From positions 1-60,609 of the IMG/VR virus record IMGVR_UViG_3300027749_000121: 60,609 nt of DNA. One strand, 5' to 3'. The translations under genes and the position numbers were made by a program. Shown here one piece after another: positions 53,049 through 60,609 of the stretch (positions are counted from its first letter, which is position 1; each line of letters begins with the position of its first letter). The notes under the pieces are model-generated. The model did not search any database. It was not told the origin of the DNA and saw only the letters and a program-made list of their open reading frames with translations. This DNA comes from a virus. Lineage: Duplodnaviria; Caudoviricetes.

Positions 53049-54472
53049 TACAAATTACCTGTGTTTGTTGATGGGTAAGAACGTGTACAACCGGGGTAAA
53101 TAATTCGCACAAAGCCTACAGCACCATCACCGCCGGAAATGCCAAGGCCACCACCACCACCACCAGCACCACCGTAGAGCCCACCTGCTCCGCCGGTACG
53201 ATTTGTAGGAGCAGAACCATCAGCGCCACCTGATCCAAGTTTACCGCTGGCCGGTGGTGAACCCGCCGCCCCTCCAAGACCCGGAGAACCTACTCCCAAA
53301 AACCCAACGCCTCCGCCACCTGCGCCACCATAAGTGTTTGAGGGGGCACTGCTACCACCACCTCCCCCTGCCGCACCACCTCCCCCTGCCGCACCTGCTT
53401 GTCGAGCATCGCCCCCCTTCCCTCCATTACCCGCAGCTCCCATTGCCGCGCCACCACCACCACCAGCTTGAAAATTGCAACCGCAACCGCCGCCGCCGCT
53501 ACCACCACTACCGCCAGCGCATGCGGTTCGTCCACCCCCACTTCCGTTAGTCGGGCCATTTGCGTTTCCGCCAGAACACGCCCTTAAAACGGCCTCGGAT
53601 ACAAAAAAGCTACTGTTGCAACTAGTACCGCCGTTTGCAGCGCCAACTCTAAGGGAAATACTAGCTCCGGGGGTAACTGTGTAATTGTTTGTCCAACCCG
53701 ACCCGCCTGCGCCACCACCGCCTCCGGCTTTGCTGTTGCCATCACAACAAACACCAGTTCCACCTTTCCCTCCAGCCCCAACAGCCAACACAGAAACTCG
53801 TGTAACCCCAGCAGGAACAACAAACGTGTATGACCCCGCAGAAGTGTAAGTTGTTTGACCTGTAACAATTGTAGGAGTTACGCTGTTACTTGCCGCACTT
53901 GCCGCACTTTGCCCAACAGAGTTGGTAGCTTTAACAGTGAACGTATACGCTGTTCCTGTGGTCAAACCAGAAACAGTAATGGTTCCTGACCCTGCTGTAG
54001 CCAAAGTTCCCGTCAAACCGCCGGGTGATGAAGTGGCTGTGTAAAGCGTAATAGCGGAACCACCGTCACTTGCAGGCGCTGTGTATGTAACTGTTGCTGT
54101 TGTTGGCCCAGTGGCTGTTGCCGTTCCAATCGTTGGTGCTCCGGGAACTGAAGCCGCCACAGAAGCTGTTGAGTTGGAATTAGCCGTAACGCCCGCAGGT
54201 GCAAGGGTGTTGGTAGCTTTTACAACGCAACGGATTGTGTTAGCCACATCAGCGGCAACCAGCACGTATGTACTAGAAGTTGCGCCACTAATATCAGTTG
54301 TAACCCGTTGCCATTGATATGTGAATGTAGGTGCTGGTGCGCCTGTCCACGTACCGTTGGTTGTTGAAAGCGTTTGTCCAACGGTAGCCGTGCCTGAAAC
54401 TACCGGAGCCACGGTGTTGACTGGAGCAGCGCCGTAGCTACCACCAGCAAAGGCCAGCATCATTCCACTCAT
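53048..54472 (-). CDS. Tail fibre/adhesin: Ig-like + fibronectin III + glycine-rich domain (start revised)
   Basis: PVNTVAP..TYQWQR; PGAP..YTFTVKATNSVG; poly-Gly; ATGA coupling at 54472. Confidence 0.82.
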   Translation of the reverse strand: MSGMMLAFAGGSYGAAPVNTVAPVVSGTATVGQTLSTTNGTWTGAPAPTFTYQWQRVTTDISGATSSTYVLVAADVANTIRCVVKATNTLAPAGVTANSNSTASVAASVPGAPTIGTATATGPTTATVTYTAPASDGGSAITLYTATSSPGGLTGTLATAGSGTITVSGLTTGTAYTFTVKATNSVGQSAASAASNSVTPTIVTGQTTYTSAGSYTFVVPAGVTRVSVLAVGAGGKGGTGVCCDGNSKAGGGGGAGGSGWTNNYTVTPGASISLRVGAANGGTSCNSSFFVSEAVLRACSGGNANGPTNGSGGGRTACAGGSGGSGGGGCGCNFQAGGGGGAAMGAAGNGGKGGDARQAGAAGGGGAAGGGGGSSAPSNTYGGAGGGGVGFLGVGSPGLGGAAGSPPASGKLGSGGADGSAPTNRTGGAGGLYGGAGGGGGGLGISGGDGAVGFVRIIYPGCTRSYPSTNTGNL

Positions 54473-55587
54473 GACACGTTTCCTGTAATAAAGACAACAG
54501 AAGCGGTCACATAAAGAATAGTGCAAACACCCCTTGATGCTAATGAAAAAGAAGTTACTACTGTGTTCGTACCACCAAGATAAGCCGTAACTGCTGATGA
54601 AGTACAAGTAATAGCCGCAGCCGTATTGTTAGCAACAGAAATTGCATCGCCTACAGCAAAAATACTTGCTGGAACTACGACCAGACCCGACGTACCAAGA
54701 ACAACAAACTTACCCACATCACCCACAACAAGCGTATAAGAAGCTACTTTAGCTGATCCACTTTGCGGAATGTTGAGATAGCCAACTTTGTTTGTGCCGT
54801 CAACGGTGCAAGAAGAAAGTGTGCCACTGGACGGCGTACCGAGGACAGGCGTTGTCAGCGTTGGTGAAGTCAGTGTCTTGTTGGTCAGGGTGTCCGTTGT
54901 TGCTCTACCAACTAATGTGTCTGTGCTTGTTGGTAGCGTTAATGTGCCGGTGTTGCTAATGCTTGAGATTATCGGCGTTGTCAGCGTCTTATTGGTAAAG
55001 GTTTCTGTACCTGCCAAAGTTGCCAAAGTTCCCGTTGTAGGAAGTGTTACGCCCGTAGTACCAGAAACAGTCAGCGTAGTTGCAAAAGCCCCTGAGATAG
55101 CTAGCGTACTTGCCGCATTGTTTGCAATACCTGTGCCGCCACCAGCAGGGCTAAGAATACCCGTTGAGCCAATACTAGAAACTTTGACGTAATCTGTACC
55201 GTTGTAATACACAAATGCTTTTTCACCCACTGCGATTGACACACCTGTCTGACCGGAAGCTTTGAATGTTACTGCGCTGGTAGCGCCTGCGTGATCCACC
55301 ATGTACAGCTTGCTATAACTTGGGCCTGTGATGACCTTGGTAACAGTTTGTGTGCCGGTAATGCGAATCACCATGTACTGGGCTGTGGTGGAAACTATGG
55401 CGTTGCCTGATGCGCTACCTGTAGTGTTAGCTAAAGTAATAGCGCCATCACCTGCAAAAGATAATGTGCCTGCAATGGCAATGTCCACGTAGTCAGAGAT
55501 ACCGTAGTTAACCGTATCGCCCCATGTACCAGAGAGCGTTCCCTGTGTGGGGGTAACTAAGCCCAAAAGCGTTGTCGTTGCTGCCAT
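54469..55587 (-). CDS. Tail fibre protein
   Basis: GTWG..N N-terminal anchor; TLTNKTLT repeats. Confidence 0.8.
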   Translation of the reverse strand: MAATTTLLGLVTPTQGTLSGTWGDTVNYGISDYVDIAIAGTLSFAGDGAITLANTTGSASGNAIVSTTAQYMVIRITGTQTVTKVITGPSYSKLYMVDHAGATSAVTFKASGQTGVSIAVGEKAFVYYNGTDYVKVSSIGSTGILSPAGGGTGIANNAASTLAISGAFATTLTVSGTTGVTLPTTGTLATLAGTETFTNKTLTTPIISSISNTGTLTLPTSTDTLVGRATTDTLTNKTLTSPTLTTPVLGTPSSGTLSSCTVDGTNKVGYLNIPQSGSAKVASYTLVVGDVGKFVVLGTSGLVVVPASIFAVGDAISVANNTAAAITCTSSAVTAYLGGTNTVVTSFSLASRGVCTILYVTASVVFITGNVS

Positions 55588-55597
55588 TTAAATGCTC

Positions 55598-56476
55598 CTA
55601 ATTCGTTGAAACAGCAGCCCAGCTTGCCGTTTGCGTGTTACCGATATTTTGCCAGTTTGCGGTCTGCGTGTCATCTATTACGCTCCAAGCAAATGCTTGT
55701 GAGATTGATCCAACCGATCCTGTTGACGATACACCTGTAAGTCCTACTGCAATTCCAAAAGTTCCTACCGATCCAGTAGCTGAAACACCTGTCAAAGCTG
55801 CTATGGTTGAACCGCTTGTAGAACCGGGGGAACCTGTAGCAAATACCCCTGTTAAGGCTATACCAACTCCTACTGATCCCACTGACCCAGTTGCCGATAC
55901 GCTTGTAACCCCGTGCCCATGAACCACCGTCCCAACTGAACCCGTAGCGCTTATTCCTGTAAGTGCTCTACCAACCCCAACTGAACCCACACTGCCTGTT
56001 ACGCTTATCCCCGTCAGATTAGCGCTTATAGAAGTAAAAGCTGTAAGGGTTCCAACACTGCCTGTGGCACTTACCCCTGTAACTTCTCTACCAACGTTAA
56101 CCGACCCCACACTGCCTGTTACGCTTATTCCTGCAAGTGCCCTACCAACCCCAACTGAACCCGCACTGCCTGTGGCACTCACTCCTGTAAGCGATATACC
56201 AACCCCAACTGAACCCGCGCTACCTGTAGCTTCTATCCCTGTGATTGCTCTACCAACTCCAAGCGACCCAACACTACCGGTTGCACTTACTCCTGTGAGT
56301 GCTACACCAATATTAAGTTGTCCAACACTGCCTGTTGCACTAACTCCAGAGAGCGCTGCGGTTAAACTTCCGGTAATTGTTCCAACTGCGCCCGTGGCTG
56401 AAACACCTGTGAGCGCCGCTTGTTGACCGCCCCAAGTATTATCACCCCAAGCGCCTGCGCCCCATGCTGTGGACAT
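55598..56476 (-). CDS. Repetitive virion protein (LTGVSATGSVG repeats)
   Basis: More than a dozen ~18-aa G/S/V/T repeats; WG.G.WG N-terminus. Confidence 0.8.
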   Translation of the reverse strand: MSTAWGAGAWGDNTWGGQQAALTGVSATGAVGTITGSLTAALSGVSATGSVGQLNIGVALTGVSATGSVGSLGVGRAITGIEATGSAGSVGVGISLTGVSATGSAGSVGVGRALAGISVTGSVGSVNVGREVTGVSATGSVGTLTAFTSISANLTGISVTGSVGSVGVGRALTGISATGSVGTVVHGHGVTSVSATGSVGSVGVGIALTGVFATGSPGSTSGSTIAALTGVSATGSVGTFGIAVGLTGVSSTGSVGSISQAFAWSVIDDTQTANWQNIGNTQTASWAAVSTN

Positions 56477-56486
56477 GACTTACCAA

Positions 56487-56954
56487 TTACGCAATCCGCA
56501 ACAATCCAGTAGTCGCATCATTAGTGGGCATAGTCAGTGAAAACGTACCAGCAGTCACCGTCTGCGCTGTAAAAGTAAATACAGCCACAGCGTTCTTACC
56601 TGAGTTTGTATTGTTATACAAAAGCATGGCATCAAAAGAAGTTGATAAAGTAACTGTTGTATACGTAATACTTGCCGAAGGTGTTAAGTAAGATGTAGTT
56701 GTGGTATTGGCTGGAGCCGTACCAAACGTAACTGTAACACCGCCAGCGGTATATCCTGTACCAGACACTTCAGTTACTGCGCCCGTGTAAGACGTTGTAG
56801 TGGTTCCCAGTGAACTTGCCGCCGTATACAAAGCCGCTTTAAACACATCAGCCGTAGCCGCAGTGTGTGCTGGTATGCCTGTAGCGTTAAAAGCGTGAAC
56901 CGCATTGAACAAGTCAACCTTGAACGAGTTGGTCATACATTGTGTATTTGCCAT
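56487..56954 (-). CDS. Virion structural protein, paralog B
   Basis: TNSFKVDL..FKAALYT..GYTAGG. Confidence 0.78.
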   Translation of the reverse strand: MANTQCMTNSFKVDLFNAVHAFNATGIPAHTAATADVFKAALYTAASSLGTTTTSYTGAVTEVSGTGYTAGGVTVTFGTAPANTTTTSYLTPSASITYTTVTLSTSFDAMLLYNNTNSGKNAVAVFTFTAQTVTAGTFSLTMPTNDATTGLLRIA

Positions 56955-56963
56955 GATTTTTCC

Positions 56964-57149
56964 TTAAAATTTAGCAGTTTCACCAAAACTTACAACCGCA
57001 CGTTTTAATTGTACGTGCGCCGAACGGTGAACTAGTTCACCCTCTAACCAATACTCCACCCATGTGGTAGTTTCGTTATCATTATCAATGGTTCCCTCAC
57101 GCTTTTCAAGCAATGATTCGTCCATATCACCTTTGGTTGTGGTAATCAA
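56964..57149 (-). CDS. Small hypothetical protein
   Basis: AGGAG RBS; TWVEYW..ELVHRS. Confidence 0.7.
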   Translation of the reverse strand: MITTTKGDMDESLLEKREGTIDNDNETTTWVEYWLEGELVHRSAHVQLKRAVVSFGETAKF

Positions 57150-57565
57150 TTTGAACTCCTGATAAGAGCCGCCGTAGCGGTGTTTGCGGGCATGGTAATT
57201 GTAAATGTAACGGTAGATGTTTTGTCAGAACCAAAGTCCAGAACAGCTATGGATTTGTTGCCTTGGCTAGAGTTGTAAATCAACGCACACCTTGCTGTTA
57301 ATGCGGCAGTCCAAGCTATATCTGGGAAACCCACATAAGCTGTGTAATCAGAGGATGCCACTGTAATAGGCGTCAATGTCGCCCCACCAGCAGAGTAAGT
57401 GCCTGTATTAGCTACTTCGTTTGTAGCTGAATACGCCGTGGTTGTTTCATTTAAATCCGCGCTGGCTGTGTACAGAGCAATCTTGATAACGTCAGTCGTT
57501 AAGTCGTGTATACCTTGATAAAGCTCTGCCTTAAAACTGGTAGTCTGGGTCTGAATAATCGACAT
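57146..57565 (-). CDS. Virion structural protein, paralog A
   Basis: TTSFKAEL..IKIALYT..YSAGG. Confidence 0.78.
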   Translation of the reverse strand: MSIIQTQTTSFKAELYQGIHDLTTDVIKIALYTASADLNETTTAYSATNEVANTGTYSAGGATLTPITVASSDYTAYVGFPDIAWTAALTARCALIYNSSQGNKSIAVLDFGSDKTSTVTFTITMPANTATAALIRSSN

Positions 57566-57566
57566 A

Positions 57567-58481
57567 TCAAGTTACCTTCTGACGGAACTGACCAGAACGG
57601 TAAGCGTCTTGACGCTCCATACCATCACCCAAACGCTTAGCCAATGCAAGAGCTTCCATGAATTTCTGGTTATACAAGCCCATCATGTCTTGCTCACCCT
57701 TCATGTAGGTGTAAGCCTCAACCAAAGATGCGTACAAGAGCACGGGGTCAAAGTTATCACCTAGCCAAGACGTACCGCCTGAGTTAGTTACAGAAGCAAC
57801 AGGAACGGAAAAACCAGAACCTGTCCCGCCAATATTGGTTGCAGCAGCAGATAACGTATTTGCAACACTGTACTGCGCACCGCCGTCTGTAATGGTTACG
57901 GCTGTTACTACGCCGCCAGCAACGGTAATTGTCGCCAACGCACCACTGCCAGAACCGCCCGTTAAAGGTATATCAAAGTATGTACCGGCTGTGTATGCGC
58001 TTCCGCCAGTAACAGCTCCTAATGTAGCCACAGGACTTTGCACAATTGAAGGCGGGTAGAAGAAATAATGAAGCTCGGAACTGTATCCCGCATCTGGCGT
58101 AGGGCCGAGAATAAAAGTCAACTCGGCTGCGTTATCTGAACGGGGGCCAAACAGTGCGTAGTACTTAGGGATCCCTGTGTCTGTGGGCTGTGGATACGCC
58201 TGCCGGATGAAGTTAACATCTTTGTTCAACAGATACTCGTACTCACCACTGGCGTTAATAACCGCCAATGAATACACCGCTAAGAAGTCCGTAGGACACT
58301 GCAAGTACTTGTTGTTTGTAGTCATTACCCCTGTCACGTTACTGCGCAAAGACGGAAACTGCACTGAGTTGTAAATGCGCTGCTCAGCCTGCGTAACAAA
58401 CACAGGAATATTAGCCACGAAATCTGCTTCCGTGTTCTCCGTGTACGCTTGGATCGCGTTGCTGAGTTGCGTGTAATTCAT
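57567..58481 (-). CDS. Head-tail adaptor/tail tubular A-like protein with beta insertion
   Basis: GPTPD..Y, LLYASLVEAY. Confidence 0.72.
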   Translation of the reverse strand: MNYTQLSNAIQAYTENTEADFVANIPVFVTQAEQRIYNSVQFPSLRSNVTGVMTTNNKYLQCPTDFLAVYSLAVINASGEYEYLLNKDVNFIRQAYPQPTDTGIPKYYALFGPRSDNAAELTFILGPTPDAGYSSELHYFFYPPSIVQSPVATLGAVTGGSAYTAGTYFDIPLTGGSGSGALATITVAGGVVTAVTITDGGAQYSVANTLSAAATNIGGTGSGFSVPVASVTNSGGTSWLGDNFDPVLLYASLVEAYTYMKGEQDMMGLYNQKFMEALALAKRLGDGMERQDAYRSGQFRQKVT

Positions 58482-58723
58482 GCCATCGGGCCTCGGGCTG
58501 TAATGCCTTTGGTTGCCGCGCCGTTACCACGGGTGACGATGCCAGATGTCTTAGTAGGCTCGTTACCAGCGGATTTGCTGATATTGCCAACGCTTACATC
58601 GTAGTTTTCAAGTTTACTACGGTTTGGGGGAATGCCGGGGTTTTCAGATATGCCCACAGGCTTGCCATCCATTGTGTGTGGCTTGGCGTAAGCAGAAGCT
58701 GGGAGGTTGTTAATTTTGGCCAT
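58478..58723 (-). CDS. Small basic protein (start revised)
   Basis: RGNGAATKG..ARGPMA C-terminus. Confidence 0.7.
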   Translation of the reverse strand: MAKINNLPASAYAKPHTMDGKPVGISENPGIPPNRSKLENYDVSVGNISKSAGNEPTKTSGIVTRGNGAATKGITARGPMA

Positions 58724-58727
58724 GATA

Positions 58728-58925
58728 TTAACCTGTGGTTTGATTTTTAGCGCGAGCCAAGTTACGGCCATACTGCATGGCTTGATCGGTTGTTACGCCG
58801 CCTTTAGCTAGCTTTAAGGATGTGCCCTTGCCGCCCTTGTGCTCTTGCTTGTCATGCTGTTTGAACGCTTTTTTAATCAAAGCAACGTCTTGCTTCTTGT
58901 CTGACTTCATGTCTTCTTTTGCCAT
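58728..58925 (-). CDS. Small basic protein
   Basis: AGGAG RBS; K-rich; LAKGG. Confidence 0.72.
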   Translation of the reverse strand: MAKEDMKSDKKQDVALIKKAFKQHDKQEHKGGKGTSLKLAKGGVTTDQAMQYGRNLARAKNQTTG

Positions 58926-58934
58926 ATTAAGCTC

Positions 58935-59324
58935 CTATGAAACTGTTACCGTAACTGTACCAACATATGTCGTTGCCACCAAGTAGTTTGGTGTCAAAAA
59001 TGTATCAAAATTAGTTGCCCCACCTACTGGGTTCCAACCCCACTGAACATCCCGCGAACCGCCAGTCAGACTGCCAGTGGCGCTTACCCCTGCCGTAACG
59101 TATGTTGTGTCCTTACGGGGATTACGCACCGCCTGTGGATCATCTACTGGGTACATACCCAACTGCAACTGCGGCTGATCTGGATCCCAGCACGTAGGGC
59201 ACACCATCAAATTGTAAAGCTTTGTCTTGATAACTTCTTTTCTCAAAGCCGTTAATTTAAACTGTTGACCACACCTATCGCACATGGCGATACTGTTTTT
59301 ACCAGAAGCAAAGCGATTGCCCAT
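58935..59324 (-). CDS. Zinc-ribbon late protein
   Basis: CDRC...CPTC..DPQA..NPR. Confidence 0.78.
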   Translation of the reverse strand: MGNRFASGKNSIAMCDRCGQQFKLTALRKEVIKTKLYNLMVCPTCWDPDQPQLQLGMYPVDDPQAVRNPRKDTTYVTAGVSATGSLTGGSRDVQWGWNPVGGATNFDTFLTPNYLVATTYVGTVTVTVS

Positions 59325-60254
59325 TTACGTGCCACTACCAATAAACATTTGCCTCGGAACAAAACGAACCGAAGCCTTCTCACGATCTTCATCAGCGGCC
59401 AACTGCCAAGCTTCATCGTACTGTTGTTTCAGGACGTCCAGACGCTGCGCCCCTTCTGGGATTTTTAACGCCAAATAGTAGGCCAAGCCTGCCACCATAC
59501 AGGGCAGGAAACGGAAAGGTACATCCAGCGTACGTACGCCCCCGCCAGCATCATCAATACGGCGCATGCGCCAGTAAACAAACTGATACGTTGTACTATT
59601 GTCTGGGGTTGGCCAGACGGTCACAGAGGGCAGATTCTGCATGTACGCAGACACGCCTGTTGAGTGTGCTGCTGCGGTTGTGCCGTTCTGTCCACGGAAG
59701 CAGTTGTAAAGCACGTTGCCAGAAATGTAGCCGTACTGAATAGTCTCAGACTCAATTAGTAAAAACCCTGTAGCTGAAAGTCCAGACGCTGAAGTCAATG
59801 TGATTGTGGTGGCTGTGGCACTAATACCGCCGTTAAGCGTTGTGCCAATCGAAGAAGTCTGGCCATCCAAACGCTGATACCACACCTGAATCGGGCGGGC
59901 TTGTTGCAGTTTGTTGGGGATCGTGGCATAGGTAGAAACACTGATACGTGTGATGGTCAGGTCAGCTTGCGTAGATGCGCTACCCGCGCCCGTGCGAATG
60001 ACATGCTCAAGTAGATCCACCGTATCTACGGGTAACGCGTAGTTGTTCAGACCCGGAGTCAGGTTAATTGTCCCCTGCTCAAACGTCCACATGTTGACAC
60101 CGCGGTTTGCCCAATCAGCAAACATCAAATTCAATGAACGACGTGCTGTACGTAAATCGTAGCCCGTACGCAACTCCGAACCGGCGCGTTCAAACGCTTC
60201 CTCAACTAATTCAGTGAGGTCAAGGTTAAACGCTGCGGTTCCTGAAGTGGTCAT
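59325..60254 (-). CDS. Head-tail connector/adaptor protein with beta insertion
   Basis: EEAFERAG..ARRSLN..WAN.G, WPTPD, GLAYY. Confidence 0.75.
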   Translation of the reverse strand: MTTSGTAAFNLDLTELVEEAFERAGSELRTGYDLRTARRSLNLMFADWANRGVNMWTFEQGTINLTPGLNNYALPVDTVDLLEHVIRTGAGSASTQADLTITRISVSTYATIPNKLQQARPIQVWYQRLDGQTSSIGTTLNGGISATATTITLTSASGLSATGFLLIESETIQYGYISGNVLYNCFRGQNGTTAAAHSTGVSAYMQNLPSVTVWPTPDNSTTYQFVYWRMRRIDDAGGGVRTLDVPFRFLPCMVAGLAYYLALKIPEGAQRLDVLKQQYDEAWQLAADEDREKASVRFVPRQMFIGSGT

Positions 60255-60427
60255 TTAAAGCTCTTAAGAGTTTTAGCCAAACGCGCACGCTGCCCCATTT
60301 TACCGGGTTGTTTTGCAGCGGCGTTTAGCTTCTTTGCAGAAATCTTTTCACCAGCTTTTACGCCCAAAGATGCACGCAGTGCACCGGGCTTTTTGATTGC
60401 GTCTTGAATAAAGTTCTTAGTAGCCAT
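60251..60427 (-). CDS. 58-aa basic protein MATKNFIQDAIKKPGALRASLG..., not in ORF track
   Basis: TAATG and ATGA coupling; K/R-rich. Confidence 0.75.
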   Translation of the reverse strand: MATKNFIQDAIKKPGALRASLGVKAGEKISAKKLNAAAKQPGKMGQRARLAKTLKSFK

Positions 60428-60609
60428 TATCTAAATCCTGCCGTTTTCTTTGCAATAGTCTTAGGTTGCGCTACGAATTGTTTGCCGGCGGCTTTTCCGG
60501 CTCGCTTGGCTTTGGTCGTCGCAGCGTACTCACTAGGGCTGAGACTTTTGATCGCAGCGCTTGGAAGGTATCTTTCACCAGTGTCAGAAGATTTTTTACC
60601 ACTTTTGGT
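60427..60609 (-). CDS. Basic protein, 5' truncated (...TKSGKKSSDTGERYLPSAAIKSLS...; DUF5872-like)
   Basis: Open frame from window edge to TAA at 60427-60429. Confidence 0.75.
   Translation of the reverse strand, partial: TKSGKKSSDTGERYLPSAAIKSLSPSEYAATTKAKRAGKAAGKQFVAQPKTIAKKTAGFR

Larger units (their letters stand above)
1..60609. mobile_element. Near-complete tailed dsDNA bacteriophage genome (podovirus-like), permuted
   Basis: Terminase, portal, capsid, tail, lysis and replication genes in two strand-coherent arms; no host housekeeping genes. Confidence 0.97.

Noticed and set aside
1-60609. Terminal redundancy, tRNAs, integrase/att, reverse transcriptase/DGR, alternative genetic code
   Set aside because: Ends are in different genes and do not overlap; no cloverleaf, recombinase or RT motif seen; genes are full-length in the standard code

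Overview
The window is most of the genome of a ~61 kb tailed dsDNA bacteriophage with podovirus-like architecture. It resembles uncultured freshwater/marine phages that carry a Mu gpT-like capsid and a GroES-like gene; a proteobacterial, probably betaproteobacterial, host is an inference. Both ends fall inside small basic-protein genes and do not overlap, so a short segment is missing. There are two arms. The + strand early/replication arm (12768-33058) has small early genes, a putative origin, an amidoligase plus class II glutamine amidotransferase, a VRR-NUC nuclease, family A DNA polymerase, a PD-(D/E)XK nuclease, an SNF2 helicase, an SSB-like protein, a Cro-like HTH and a primase-DUF927 helicase. 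The - strand late arm runs terS, terL, portal, GroES-like, scaffold, capsid and glycosyltransferase (12328 down to 1), then continues from 60609 down to 32991 with adaptors, tail fibres, a 2OG-Fe(II) oxygenase, lysis genes, ejection proteins and a 2880-aa polyvalent protein. I found no integrase, RNA polymerase, tRNA or CRISPR array. The most interesting signals are non-coding: (1) a promoter- and terminator-bounded ~85-nt sRNA whose loop is complementary to the RBS/start codon of many of the phage's own early and replication genes; (2) seven copies of a GGGGAAANNTTTCCCC palindrome punctuating the early region; (3) a second operator family overlapping three promoters; (4) a ~98-bp degenerate inverted repeat around a (TA)9 tract; (5) a GNAT/HNH/acidic-protein cassette bounded by a perfect 15-bp inverted repeat; (6) a chained-pseudoknot 5' leader RNA. 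All family assignments come from motif recognition by eye; no database searches were run.
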